Virus record (IMG/VR): IMGVR_UViG_3300025828_000014 | Direction: 5' to 3' (one strand) | Origin: a virus | Length of the DNA: 64,000 bases | Shown: positions 41,768-51,603 of the stretch, in pieces | How positions within the stretch are numbered: the first letter of the stretch is position 1 | How the letters are laid out: each line of letters opens with the position of its first letter | The notes under the pieces: model-generated | What the model saw: the letters and a program-made list of their open reading frames with translations, nothing else | The model's database searches: none | Told to the model about the DNA's origin: nothing | Translations under genes and position numbers: made by a program

Positions 41768-42679
41768 ATGAAAATATTACTAACTGGATCTAGCGGATTT
41801 ATCGGACAACACTTGTTGCCAAGATTACAAGCAATTGGAGAAGTCCATGAGCTTAAAACAGATTTAACACATCACACAGGAATACAACAAGAAGTAAAGT
41901 CAGTGAATCCTGACATTGTAGTTCACCTTGCTGCTAGAACTGAAGTGCAAAAAAGTTTTTATGAACAAGTAAGTTTTAGTGAAGTAAATTATGTTGGCAC
42001 AGTTAATCTTATCGAAGCATGTAGACAACTTAGCACGTTACCTTATTTTGTATTTGCAAGCACAATGGAAGTTTATGGCTGGCAACCTATTTCAGATGAA
42101 GTAGAAAAGACCGGAACTTATAAAGAAAGCGTTGCTTTTGATGAATATACTCAGCCTAATCCAAATGCTCCTTATGCTGTTGCTAAGTATGGTTGTGAAA
42201 AATATTTAGAATATGCTGGTAGAGCATACGGTTTGCCTTGGGCAAGTTTTAGACAAACAAACAGTTATGGACGTAAGGACAATGATTTTTTTGTGACAGA
42301 ACAAATTATTGCTCAAATGATCAAAGGTGATACTTGTAATTTAGGATACGCAGAACCATATAGAAACTTTATTTACATTAGTGATTTGTTAGATGCATGG
42401 ATGGCAGTCATTGAAAACAGAGATGCATGTAAAGGAAACTTCTATACAATTGGACCAGATGATCCTCGTAAAATTAGACACTGTGCAGATTACATTGCTG
42501 AACAATTGAATTGGACAGGAAAAATAAATTGGGATACAAAAGATCCACGTCATGGTGAGATTTGGTGGCTCAACAGTAATCACAACTTGCTTACAAGTAA
42601 AACAGGGTGGACGCCTAAAGTATCTTATGAAGAAGGTATTGAAAGGACCATCCACCATTGGAAATCGATACTGACCTAG
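41768..42679 (+). CDS. NAD-dependent NDP-sugar epimerase/dehydratase (extended SDR)
   Basis: 'MKILLTGSSGFIG', 'HLAA', 'ASTMEVYG', 'PYAVAK' (YxxxK), 'RNFIYISD'; ATG at 41768 with AAGGAG SD. Confidence 0.9.
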   Translation: MKILLTGSSGFIGQHLLPRLQAIGEVHELKTDLTHHTGIQQEVKSVNPDIVVHLAARTEVQKSFYEQVSFSEVNYVGTVNLIEACRQLSTLPYFVFASTMEVYGWQPISDEVEKTGTYKESVAFDEYTQPNPNAPYAVAKYGCEKYLEYAGRAYGLPWASFRQTNSYGRKDNDFFVTEQIIAQMIKGDTCNLGYAEPYRNFIYISDLLDAWMAVIENRDACKGNFYTIGPDDPRKIRHCADYIAEQLNWTGKINWDTKDPRHGEIWWLNSNHNLLTSKTGWTPKVSYEEGIERTIHHWKSILT

Positions 42680-43758
42680 CTTATTCAAATAAAAAACATA
42701 CAAGGTATACAAACCCTTTTGGTTTGCAATATCTCCCCTATGAAGAATGGCAAGGCAACGGAAAATATTTTTTTATTGAACATTTTAGACGCAGAGAAGA
42801 ACTGGACTACATAAAAGAACTGCACAAACCAAATGTATTTTTGATACTACATGATATTTTAGAAGGATTTGCCTACAGAAGATTTAGTAAAATTGATAGT
42901 TTTGTTGTAAAAAATAATTTACAAGGAAAAGTGTTTTTCGCAACTTCTCTTTTAGATGCAGAAAAAGAATATGCTAAATGGCCGCTTTCTGGAAATTTTA
43001 AAACGTTTTATTATCCAGAATGGTATCATAGAGTGTATGATAATTTAATAGATTATCGTTTACATAAAATAAAATATCTAAAACCAACATACTTTTGTTG
43101 TCTTAATAATCGTCCTCACCCTCACAGACTACAAACGGTGACACTAATAGATTATTTTGATTTATTAGATAAAGGCATAGTCACGTGTTTAGATACACAA
43201 TACGAAACTCTTAACAATCGTATGCCATATGAACAAAATGTTATGTCTTATAATCAAAATTATACACAAGAAATAAGTTTTATACTGAATAATCAAAAAG
43301 AAATTACAAAAACAAAATTACCATTGAATTTTGATACAGAAGATTTTTCTCGTGGAAGTAGACCTCATGATTACAATAATATGATTTACAACGAATGTTT
43401 GATAAATGTAGTTACCGAAACACATTATGGCAAAGAACACAATTTACATCATCATATATTTTTTAGTGAAAAAATATGGAAACCAATTGTTTGTAAACAA
43501 GCATTTATAATGGTTGGACCTCAATATAGTTTAAGATATTTACGTGAGCTTGGCTTTAAAACTTTTGATAGCATATGGGACGAAAGTTATGACGAGTTGC
43601 CAGAAGATAAAAGACTTTACAAAGCTATAGAAACATTGTATAATATAATTAATAAGCATAGTGTGGAAGAACTAAACAGCGTTACATTAGAAATACGTAA
43701 ACACAATTTTAAACACTTCCAAAAAATAAGAAAAGAAATGGTTAAAACATGCTGGTAA
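42658..43758 (+). CDS. Glycosyltransferase-like protein (GT-B/GT10-like)
   Basis: 'FCCLNNRPHPHR', 'INVVTET...FFSEKIWKPI...FI.VG...L.YLRELGFKTFDSIWDESYD'. Start codon uncertain. Confidence 0.55.
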   Translation: MEIDTDLAYSNKKHTRYTNPFGLQYLPYEEWQGNGKYFFIEHFRRREELDYIKELHKPNVFLILHDILEGFAYRRFSKIDSFVVKNNLQGKVFFATSLLDAEKEYAKWPLSGNFKTFYYPEWYHRVYDNLIDYRLHKIKYLKPTYFCCLNNRPHPHRLQTVTLIDYFDLLDKGIVTCLDTQYETLNNRMPYEQNVMSYNQNYTQEISFILNNQKEITKTKLPLNFDTEDFSRGSRPHDYNNMIYNECLINVVTETHYGKEHNLHHHIFFSEKIWKPIVCKQAFIMVGPQYSLRYLRELGFKTFDSIWDESYDELPEDKRLYKAIETLYNIINKHSVEELNSVTLEIRKHNFKHFQKIRKEMVKTCW

Positions 43759-44354
43759 ACTTGGACGATGTGGCATTTTGGATGGACGCTGTGCGTAACA
43801 GTGAAAATCATTTTGGAGTGCTTGAAAGTTTTTGGAAAGGTCAAATACAAAGCAAAGTTTGGCTTATTGAAAAACTAACTGGTTATGCACCCATAAAACC
43901 TTTGGACATAGTTATCCACGGCGGCTGGAATGGAGTGTTAAGTAGTTTACTGTTCAATAGTAGACTTGACATTAATGATATACGCAGCATTGATATTGAT
44001 CCTAGCTGCGAAGAAACAGCAAACATGATGTGTAAACGTCAAGAAATGATAGGCAAGTTTACAGCAATTACCGCAGACATGTGCAAATATAAATATGAGT
44101 ATGAGCCTGACGTAGTTATTAACACAAGCACAGAGCATATTACCCAAGAACAATACAACCGTTGGTTGAGTAATGTGCCTGATAATAGTTTGCTTGTGTT
44201 ACAAAACAATAATTATAAAGAAGTGTCAGATCATGTTAGGTGCTATGATAGCCTACACGAATTTGTTAAAGCAAGTGAGCTAGGAGATATAATGTATAAA
44301 GATACACTCAACTTGCCATTATATGATAGATACCTATTGATCGGACGTAAATGA
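43749..44354 (+). CDS. Class I SAM-dependent methyltransferase-like protein
   Basis: 'IHGGWNG' glycine loop, 'SIDIDP', 'DVVINTSTEH'; paralog of 61631..62545. Confidence 0.6.
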   Translation: MLVNLDDVAFWMDAVRNSENHFGVLESFWKGQIQSKVWLIEKLTGYAPIKPLDIVIHGGWNGVLSSLLFNSRLDINDIRSIDIDPSCEETANMMCKRQEMIGKFTAITADMCKYKYEYEPDVVINTSTEHITQEQYNRWLSNVPDNSLLVLQNNNYKEVSDHVRCYDSLHEFVKASELGDIMYKDTLNLPLYDRYLLIGRK

Positions 44355-45730
44355 AAGATTTTTTAGATTTATTCAACAATAGACTAAAAGCAGAAGCAAC
44401 AGAAACATTTTGCGCTTTGCCTTGGATACACATGGCAACACGACCTAATGGAGATATGCGTTTGTGCTGTAGTGCTAATGCCAGCGGAGCAGGCACGGAT
44501 CATACAGTGGGTATTGTAAAAGACGATAGCGGACAGCATATAAACTTTGCAACAACATCTCCTATGGAAGCATGGAACAGCGAATACATGCGTAGTGTTA
44601 GACGCACTATGATGGACGGAAAAATACCTGCAAGTTGTAGTAAATGTTTTGCTGAAGAATCAAAAGGTGTAGTAAGCAAACGTGTGTGGGAAACAGGAAC
44701 GTGGATGGAACGTGGTCTTGATATACAAGATTTATTAAACGAAACACACAAAAATGGATACTACAAAGAAGAACTACAATATTTAGACCTACGTCTTGGG
44801 CATACTTGTAATATCAAGTGTGTAATGTGTTCGCCACATGATAGTAGCAAGTGGGTAAAGGACTGGAAAGTATTAGAGCCACAGCTAGAAGATCCAGAAG
44901 TCAAAAGACAGATGCAGTGGGATAAAGCTGCTTTCAACAACAAGTGGCATGAACAAGAAATATTCTGGGACGACTTATACAAACAAATACCCAATCTACG
45001 TGAAGTATACTTTGCTGGCGGCGAACCACTAATGATTGCTGAACACAAAAAGTTCATTGAAGAAATTGTTAGACAAGGATACAACAAACGCATACGTCTA
45101 CGCTACAATACAAATGGCATATTGGTCGATAAAGATTTAATTGAGTTGTGGAGTCATTTTGAAATAGTAAAAGTAGGTGTTAGCATGGACGCTGCTGGAC
45201 CACGCAACAACTACATACGTTATCCTACTGACTGGGATACAGTAGAACGCAATTTACACATTTTGGATAATACACCAGACAACATACGCCCAAGTATTGC
45301 TACTGCTATACAAATTTTCAACATAAAACATTTGCCAGATTTTATACATTGGAAAATATCACAGGATTTTAAAAAAGTCAACACAGAAGAAATCCGAGGT
45401 GTAAAAGCAGGCGGCGGCTTAGTGAACATGCACCTACTATACATACCAACGTTTTTGAGTATACAAATATTGCCCAAAGAGGACAAAGCAGAAATACGTG
45501 AATTGTTTGGTAAATTTAAAAACTATCTGCGAGATAATTGGACAACGGACTCTACCTTTTGGGAACACAATCCTTATGGTTGGAGACGCTGGGAAGCAAT
45601 ATTGAATCACATGGACGCAGACGACAAGAGCCACGTGCTGCCAGGGTTCAAAGAATATGTAAACAAACTAGATGCTATCAGAGGAGTTGATGCTAAAACA
45701 GTGTTTCCTGAATTAGCACATTTGTTATGA
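44351..45730 (+). CDS. Radical SAM protein, type A
   Basis: FCALPWIHMATRPNG...LCC...CSKC; CNIKCVMC; AGGEP. Confidence 0.88.
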   Translation: MKDFLDLFNNRLKAEATETFCALPWIHMATRPNGDMRLCCSANASGAGTDHTVGIVKDDSGQHINFATTSPMEAWNSEYMRSVRRTMMDGKIPASCSKCFAEESKGVVSKRVWETGTWMERGLDIQDLLNETHKNGYYKEELQYLDLRLGHTCNIKCVMCSPHDSSKWVKDWKVLEPQLEDPEVKRQMQWDKAAFNNKWHEQEIFWDDLYKQIPNLREVYFAGGEPLMIAEHKKFIEEIVRQGYNKRIRLRYNTNGILVDKDLIELWSHFEIVKVGVSMDAAGPRNNYIRYPTDWDTVERNLHILDNTPDNIRPSIATAIQIFNIKHLPDFIHWKISQDFKKVNTEEIRGVKAGGGLVNMHLLYIPTFLSIQILPKEDKAEIRELFGKFKNYLRDNWTTDSTFWEHNPYGWRRWEAILNHMDADDKSHVLPGFKEYVNKLDAIRGVDAKTVFPELAHLL

Positions 45731-46635
45731 AGCATATTGAAAATCACGATACTGACTTTGTCATTGAATTAGACTTGGGCAACACTTGTAATTACCGGTG
45801 TAGCTATTGTTTTCCTGGTGCCAATGAAGGCACAGTGCGCTGGCCTGACGTAGGTAGATTAGAAACAGCACTGCTGAAATATATCAAGCAACATGACAGA
45901 CCCACTAGACTGTATTTGATTGGTGGTGAGCCTACACTGTGGAAACACCTACCGAGGTAGTGTAATACACTTAAAATGGCACATGATATAAAAATATGCT
46001 TGAGCACCAATGCCAGTCAAAGTCTCAGTTGGTGGAGAAGACACTGGCATTGTTTTGATGTGGTCCATATCAGTCTACATCATGAATCGGGAAATCCTTC
46101 TCATTGTCTCAGTGTTGCCGAATTGTTATACGATTACCGTGTAGAAACAAATATTGACGTGTTGATGGATCCTGAACACTTTGAACGCTGTAAGACGCTT
46201 GTAGACGCTGTAACGGGCGGTATAAAGCTGTTTCCAGTGCTTGCTAAAACTGTTTTGTATGATGGCAAACATCGCTATAACGAGGAACAACTCGAGTATG
46301 TGCGTGATCCAATCAAGCAATATCCTGATATGGATTGGTATCAAGAAGTCCAACGCAAACCAAGGACTGAATTCAACATAGACGGAGTAGCACACACAGA
46401 TGACAACTACTTTATGGTTAATGATCTAAATCACTTTGAGGGTTGGCAGTGTAATTTAGGTGTTGATACGGTAAAAATAGATAGGCAGGGCAATGTCGGC
46501 GGCAATTGCGGAACTGATCTTGGCTACAACATCTATGATTTACCCGATATTGAAATCAAACCTGTAAAATGTAGTAAATACACATGTCCATGTAGCGGCG
46601 AAACAATAACCACCAAGTGGAGAGCACATGTTTGA
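45727..46635 (+). pseudogene. Radical SAM protein, type B, interrupted by an in-frame TAG at 45958-45960
   Basis: ORFs 45727..45960 and 45976..46635 are in the same frame: CNYRCSYC...GGEPTLWKHLPR*CNTLKMAHD...STNAS...NHFEGWQCNLG...CPCSGE. Joined length is 302 aa, like its paralogs. Confidence 0.75.
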
Positions 46636-47677
46636 TACACTAATACCAAAAGACGACAGAATATTCCAAGTTGCTTGGGAAAGCACACTGAAATGTAATC
46701 TTGATTGTGCGTATTGTGGCGATGGCCATGACAACAACACAGAACATCCTAGTTTAGGAGAGTGTAATGAGACTGTGGATTTTATATTTCGCTATGTTGA
46801 TCTCAAAATGTCCGAGCGTCCTGAGTCAGCCAGGCAAGCCAACTTAAACATACAAGGCGGTGAAAGTTTATTCCATCCACACATAGTTGATATACTGAAA
46901 TGGATAAACTTCAAAAGACAAAAATACGATTGGTATATGGGCATAGCATTTATAACCAATGCTGTAGTTGGCGTAAAACAGTGGACCAGAGTATCTGAGT
47001 TTGTGGACTACTACACAATAAGTTATCATGCCAGTGCTACCCAAAAACAAAAAGACATGGTTAGACAAAACATCATGTATTGTAAAGGCAAAGACAAAAA
47101 CTTTTGTGTAAACATCATGATGGATCCAAGACACTGGGCGGACTGTGTTCAAATGATTGAATGGTGTAAGGCCTATCACATACCACATCTGCCAAGACAG
47201 ATTGATCATCATTGGTTAGACATGCGTTGGAACTACTCTGCTGAACAAGCAGAATATTTACTGGGACGTAAGATTTCGATCAAAGACAAAATTTCTCATG
47301 CGCTGGTAAAAGGACTTAACCTCAGTGCTGAAGGAAGAGCCTGCTGCGGTGGCAAAACACTGTGCGCCAGTGGCTGTGATACCAAACGTGTAGACAACAG
47401 ATTTAAAAATTGGCATTGTAGTGTAGCAGATCACTTTTTGTATATTAGACAAAACACAGGCGAAGTGTTTACCAACAAAGACTGTAGGATGAATTATTCA
47501 AGCAGTGTAGGACCTATTGGCAACTTGAACAACCCAGATGCTATGCTCACATCAGCACACAATCGCGGCATAGTTTGTAAAAAGTCAAGTTGTTGGTGTG
47601 GTATATGTGCGCCTAAAGCACGAACTAAATCACAGTTTGATGCCATGATGGCAGATCTAAACCGTCAAAATCAGTAA
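46628..47677 (+). CDS. Radical SAM protein, type B' (extra Cys motif)
   Basis: CNLDCAYC, QGGE; C-terminal RACCGG...C...C, FKNWHC, CWCGICAPKA. Confidence 0.85.
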   Translation: MFDTLIPKDDRIFQVAWESTLKCNLDCAYCGDGHDNNTEHPSLGECNETVDFIFRYVDLKMSERPESARQANLNIQGGESLFHPHIVDILKWINFKRQKYDWYMGIAFITNAVVGVKQWTRVSEFVDYYTISYHASATQKQKDMVRQNIMYCKGKDKNFCVNIMMDPRHWADCVQMIEWCKAYHIPHLPRQIDHHWLDMRWNYSAEQAEYLLGRKISIKDKISHALVKGLNLSAEGRACCGGKTLCASGCDTKRVDNRFKNWHCSVADHFLYIRQNTGEVFTNKDCRMNYSSSVGPIGNLNNPDAMLTSAHNRGIVCKKSSCWCGICAPKARTKSQFDAMMADLNRQNQ

Positions 47678-48782
47678 GGGTAAGATCTTTCACAAGCCCT
47701 GTTTCTGGTTGCCAAGGTTGTATACCCTCTGCTGCCCGTTGATCAAATATCACAGTAGCATCACCTAGTTCTTTTTGTAAAGCAAGTATCAATTTATTTT
47801 CTTGCTCTACTCTATAGCGTAAACTATACATAGCAGCAGTGCCTTCATAGCAAAAAACATTGCTCATGTCAATCACTGTGCCTTGAGGATTGTCTTTGGG
47901 TATGTGTGCTACAAAGTCATCAGGTGTGTTCACAGGATCAATGTGTATGCCGCCGCCTGCTGCTTCTAATGCTGCCAAATTGTAATCATAGTAAATGTGT
48001 TCAGCAGCAGGTCCACGTTGTTCCGCAGCAGCAGGATTAGCAGGTGCTACAAGACGCATAACAGGTGTGTCATACACTCTTGGATAGTTGGGCTTGCCTG
48101 TTGCTTGTGTGTGAACATGTGTGGTCAAACAGTAGTTGTATTTTTGATAGATATAGCTAGAAGTTTCTCCTGACCTGTATTGATAAAACTTGCCCTCACG
48201 TTGATCTTTGCTATACGCTTCTATGGTGCGATGGTTGTCCAGCAGTGTTTTGATTAGATTCCAACCTGCTTGTTTGTGTTTGTAGTTTACAATGATTTTT
48301 CCAGAGCCTACCCATGTTGGTAGGTAGTCGTCATGTATGCTATCATGACTACGCATTGGTTCAAGTGCTTGGTAATCAGTAAAGAACTGTGATTTTCCAA
48401 ACTTAGGACAGCCTAGGTCAACATATGTTTGTAAGTTGATGCTGAAACACTGTGGGTGTATGCCATAGTAAGCATCTCCACCGTCCAGTATGTGACACAG
48501 CAAATCATATTCTTCAGGATGGGTGTCAAAAAACTGTGTGCCGTTGATAAATTCTGTGCCAGCACTGATAACAACAGCATGATCGTATTTGCCACAGGCA
48601 CGTTGTAGCAGTTTGTCTACATTGGTATGTTCAAAAACAGTATAGCCCTGGCCAGTTAAGTTGCTGATTGTGTAGTCAGCACGGTTTACAACCAGTTCTC
48701 GGTCCACTGTGTATTCAGCAACATCGTTGACAATACATACACAGGTTTTACGATCAGTGAATTTGCTTGGATATACGTTCAT
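47625..48782 (-). CDS. Hypothetical protein
   Basis: 385-aa ORF directly downstream of the oxygenase-like gene; no family recognised with confidence. Confidence 0.6.
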   Translation of the reverse strand: MNVYPSKFTDRKTCVCIVNDVAEYTVDRELVVNRADYTISNLTGQGYTVFEHTNVDKLLQRACGKYDHAVVISAGTEFINGTQFFDTHPEEYDLLCHILDGGDAYYGIHPQCFSINLQTYVDLGCPKFGKSQFFTDYQALEPMRSHDSIHDDYLPTWVGSGKIIVNYKHKQAGWNLIKTLLDNHRTIEAYSKDQREGKFYQYRSGETSSYIYQKYNYCLTTHVHTQATGKPNYPRVYDTPVMRLVAPANPAAAEQRGPAAEHIYYDYNLAALEAAGGGIHIDPVNTPDDFVAHIPKDNPQGTVIDMSNVFCYEGTAAMYSLRYRVEQENKLILALQKELGDATVIFDQRAAEGIQPWQPETGLVKDLTLTDFDGLDLPSWHQTVI

Positions 48783-49503
48783 GTTGTTTACGATAACTAT
48801 CTACAATTAGTTGACAGTATTCTTTCTTACGATTGCCCAAATAGCAGTGTGCTATAATGTGTATTCTTGGACGGTCACTAAAGTTTACTACACTGTGATC
48901 ACGGAATATGTTTACCAAACACATCTTGCCAGACTCAAAAGGAACTACACCAGCATCCTTTAAGGTCATGTGACAATCGTCAGGATGATCCACAGCAATG
49001 TTAACAGGAATAGGAAAATCAAAAAGATTTTCTGAAGTTACCATGGGTGAAAAGTCATTGTGCGGTGATATCCAACCACCGGGTGCTAATCGCATAAAGC
49101 GTATTCTAGCAAAGCGTTCTGCTGGAAACACACTCTCAAAAAACATACGTATGCTTTTACATTTAACACCTAGTTCAGTCCATGAATATTTAGGCTCTGT
49201 TTCATATCCATATGTTTGATACACATTGGTTTTGTCTATGCCTATACCGTGTAGCACACAACTACTCCATCCGTTGTGTGTGCCTTCTCCTGTGGCTTCA
49301 TCTCTATGTGCTACATAATGAGGTTCAGCTAAATTGCTTTCTTTCTGCCATTGAGCAGTAGGAAACATCCAGTCTAGTTCTAGATATTGATAGCCATGTC
49401 CTGAAATAATCCAACGTGCTTGATCTTCTAAATCATAATCTGGAAGTGGATGTAATTCTGTTGCGGCATCTTTGTGCTGCTGATAAAATTCTATATGATC
49501 CAT
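48754..49503 (-). CDS. 2OG-Fe(II) oxygenase, aspartyl/asparaginyl beta-hydroxylase-like
   Basis: 'RIRFMRLAPGGWISPHND' (HxD) and 'HSVVNFSDRPRIHII'. Confidence 0.75.
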   Translation of the reverse strand: MDHIEFYQQHKDAATELHPLPDYDLEDQARWIISGHGYQYLELDWMFPTAQWQKESNLAEPHYVAHRDEATGEGTHNGWSSCVLHGIGIDKTNVYQTYGYETEPKYSWTELGVKCKSIRMFFESVFPAERFARIRFMRLAPGGWISPHNDFSPMVTSENLFDFPIPVNIAVDHPDDCHMTLKDAGVVPFESGKMCLVNIFRDHSVVNFSDRPRIHIIAHCYLGNRKKEYCQLIVDSYRKQHERISKQIH

Positions 49504-49507
49504 ATGG

Positions 49508-49537
49508 TATTTAGTTCATTAAGTGCGCATATAAATA
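49508..49537. promoter_or_regulatory. Back-to-back late promoters, each 4 nt from a start codon
   Basis: TAAATA on - at 49508-49513, then CCAT and ATG (49503); TATAAATA on + at 49530-49537, then AAAA and GTG (49542). Confidence 0.65.
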
Positions 49538-49541
49538 AAAA

Positions 49542-50588
49542 GTGTTTAGTTTTACAGATCTCAAAAGCGTCCACATAGAAATATCAAATCGTTGCCAAGC
49601 ACAATGTCCTATGTGTAGCAGGAATTATCATGGTGGCATTGAAAATCCTTTGCTACGTGAAGCAGACTGGACTGTTAATGACTTTATACAGGTTTTTGAG
49701 CAAGAAGTCAAGAGCCAAATTGAAAAAATCACATTTTGTGGAAACTTTGGTGATCCGTTGCTAAACTTTCATTTGGTTAAAATGTTAGACTGGATAAAAG
49801 ATGACGGCATATATGTTGATATACACACCAATGGTAGTTTGCGAAATGAACGTTGGTGGAAAGAATTGCCTAAACATTTGCCCGCAGAACACAAAGTTGT
49901 TTTTGCCATAGACGGATTAGCTGATACCCACAGCAAATATAGAATCAACACCGACTTCAACAAAATTATAAACAATGCTAGAGCATTTATCAATGCTGGC
50001 GGCACCGCAGAATGGAGCATGATAAGATTCAAGCACAATGCTGATCAAGTAATTGCAGCACAGGAAGTTGCAAAATATTATGGATTCAAATATTTCACTG
50101 TGAAAGACAGCAGTAGATTTGCTTTTGAAAACAGCTTTGATGTAAAAAACAATCTAGGACATGTTATAGACACACTGGAACCACACACACCTACAGAACC
50201 TATTGATCCTAAACAAATACCCGAACTAGTATCAGCAAGTGTAATAGACTGTTGGGCAAAAAAGCAACGTGAAGTTTACATAGACGCACACTTAGATTTA
50301 ATGCCTTGCTGCTTTTTAGCCAGTATACCCTACAACTATCATATACGACAAGATCCGCTGTATGAAGCAAAACAAAAAATCAAAAGTCAATATGAGTTTT
50401 TGATAGCAGACATGGGCAACACAAATTTACACAAACAAAGCATCAAACAAGTTATCAGCAAGCCCGGATATACATCAGTGTGGAAACGCTATTGGACCAC
50501 ACATAAACTGTATACCTGTGCTAGAACCTGTGGCAATCTAACTACAAACCCGAGCCAACAATTTGTTGAAAAACATCAAGTGACTTAG
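49542..50588 (+). CDS. Radical SAM protein with C-terminal SPASM/twitch-like domain
   Basis: CQAQCPMC, 'CGNFGDP', 'HTNGS'; C-terminal IDC...YIDA...MPCC...CARTC. Confidence 0.85.
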   Translation: MFSFTDLKSVHIEISNRCQAQCPMCSRNYHGGIENPLLREADWTVNDFIQVFEQEVKSQIEKITFCGNFGDPLLNFHLVKMLDWIKDDGIYVDIHTNGSLRNERWWKELPKHLPAEHKVVFAIDGLADTHSKYRINTDFNKIINNARAFINAGGTAEWSMIRFKHNADQVIAAQEVAKYYGFKYFTVKDSSRFAFENSFDVKNNLGHVIDTLEPHTPTEPIDPKQIPELVSASVIDCWAKKQREVYIDAHLDLMPCCFLASIPYNYHIRQDPLYEAKQKIKSQYEFLIADMGNTNLHKQSIKQVISKPGYTSVWKRYWTTHKLYTCARTCGNLTTNPSQQFVEKHQVT

Positions 50589-51603
50589 CTTTGGGCACAC
50601 ACATACCGCAACCACATCTATTGTGTGGGCAGCGTATGATCCTATTTCTGTTTTCATAAGCATAGTTTAGTATACCATCAGGATTACCTAGCCTGCCTAT
50701 TGGACCTTTCCTGCCACTGAAACTGGTTTGACAGGTTTGATGGTGATATACTTTTTCTGTGTGTTGATCAATGTGTAGAAAATAACGATTAACAGCACAA
50801 TACCAGCCTTTGAAGTTGGTGTTCACTGCTTCTACATTCTGCCAACAGCCATTACAACTACCTTCTATACTTCTAGCACCACAGCATCCTCTAGGCAATT
50901 CATAGCCTTCGGTGATTTTTTCCACTATATCTGTTGGCAATCCTTTTTCTTGTAAATACCATTCTTGTTGTTGTTTGTTATATGGATGGCTTGTCCTACG
51001 CTGAACACCTTCTGTGTCCGCAAACCAATCTGTGACACCTAGATTACCATCGCCGATCATAGTAGGCTTGCTGTCTATTCCGTGTGATTTAAGTTTTTCG
51101 TGAACTTCTACACACTCATCCCAGTGGTCGGTGTGCATCATTACATTCACAGTAAGCCACATTCCTGCTTGTTTTACAAGTATAGCATTATTAATAGTGC
51201 GTTCTTTGCTAAAAAGATTAGCTTCGGCATGGTAACTCAGTGTTATACCCACAAAGTTATTTTTTATAAAGTCAATATGCTTTTCTGGCCATGTTCCGTT
51301 ACTGGTCATACCAACTTGAAACTCGGTTTCGTTGTTTATTTTTTCTACAAAGTCCCAGAAGCGTGGATTTACAGTTGGCTCACCTCCAGTAAAGCCAATG
51401 TTAGCATTGGGTTGATTGTATAATCTTGTGTATTGTTTTATAAAATCTAATGTAGAACATAAATTTTGCCAACTAGTAGGAGGACTGTATGTATTGTGTC
51501 GTGTGCTTTCACAATAAGTGCAATCAAAATTACACCTTCTGCCGATGTCCCAAGTAACCATCATTGGTTCGGGGTTTGTTAGTTTGATTGCATCTACTTC
51601 CAT
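50542..51603 (-). CDS. Radical SAM protein, type B'
   Basis: CNFDCTYC, TGGEPT; RGCCGA...CNGC, FKGWYC, CGCGMCVPKA. Start at ATG 51603 (MEVDAIKL). Confidence 0.85.
   Translation of the reverse strand: MEVDAIKLTNPEPMMVTWDIGRRCNFDCTYCESTRHNTYSPPTSWQNLCSTLDFIKQYTRLYNQPNANIGFTGGEPTVNPRFWDFVEKINNETEFQVGMTSNGTWPEKHIDFIKNNFVGITLSYHAEANLFSKERTINNAILVKQAGMWLTVNVMMHTDHWDECVEVHEKLKSHGIDSKPTMIGDGNLGVTDWFADTEGVQRRTSHPYNKQQQEWYLQEKGLPTDIVEKITEGYELPRGCCGARSIEGSCNGCWQNVEAVNTNFKGWYCAVNRYFLHIDQHTEKVYHHQTCQTSFSGRKGPIGRLGNPDGILNYAYENRNRIIRCPHNRCGCGMCVPKAKSLDVFQQIVGSGL

Noticed and set aside
45958-45960. Genome-wide TAG recoding (genetic code 15)
   Set aside because: TAG ends genes cleanly at 21648-21650, 50542, 51594 and 52478, and long ORFs including the 13.7-kb gene have no internal TAG.
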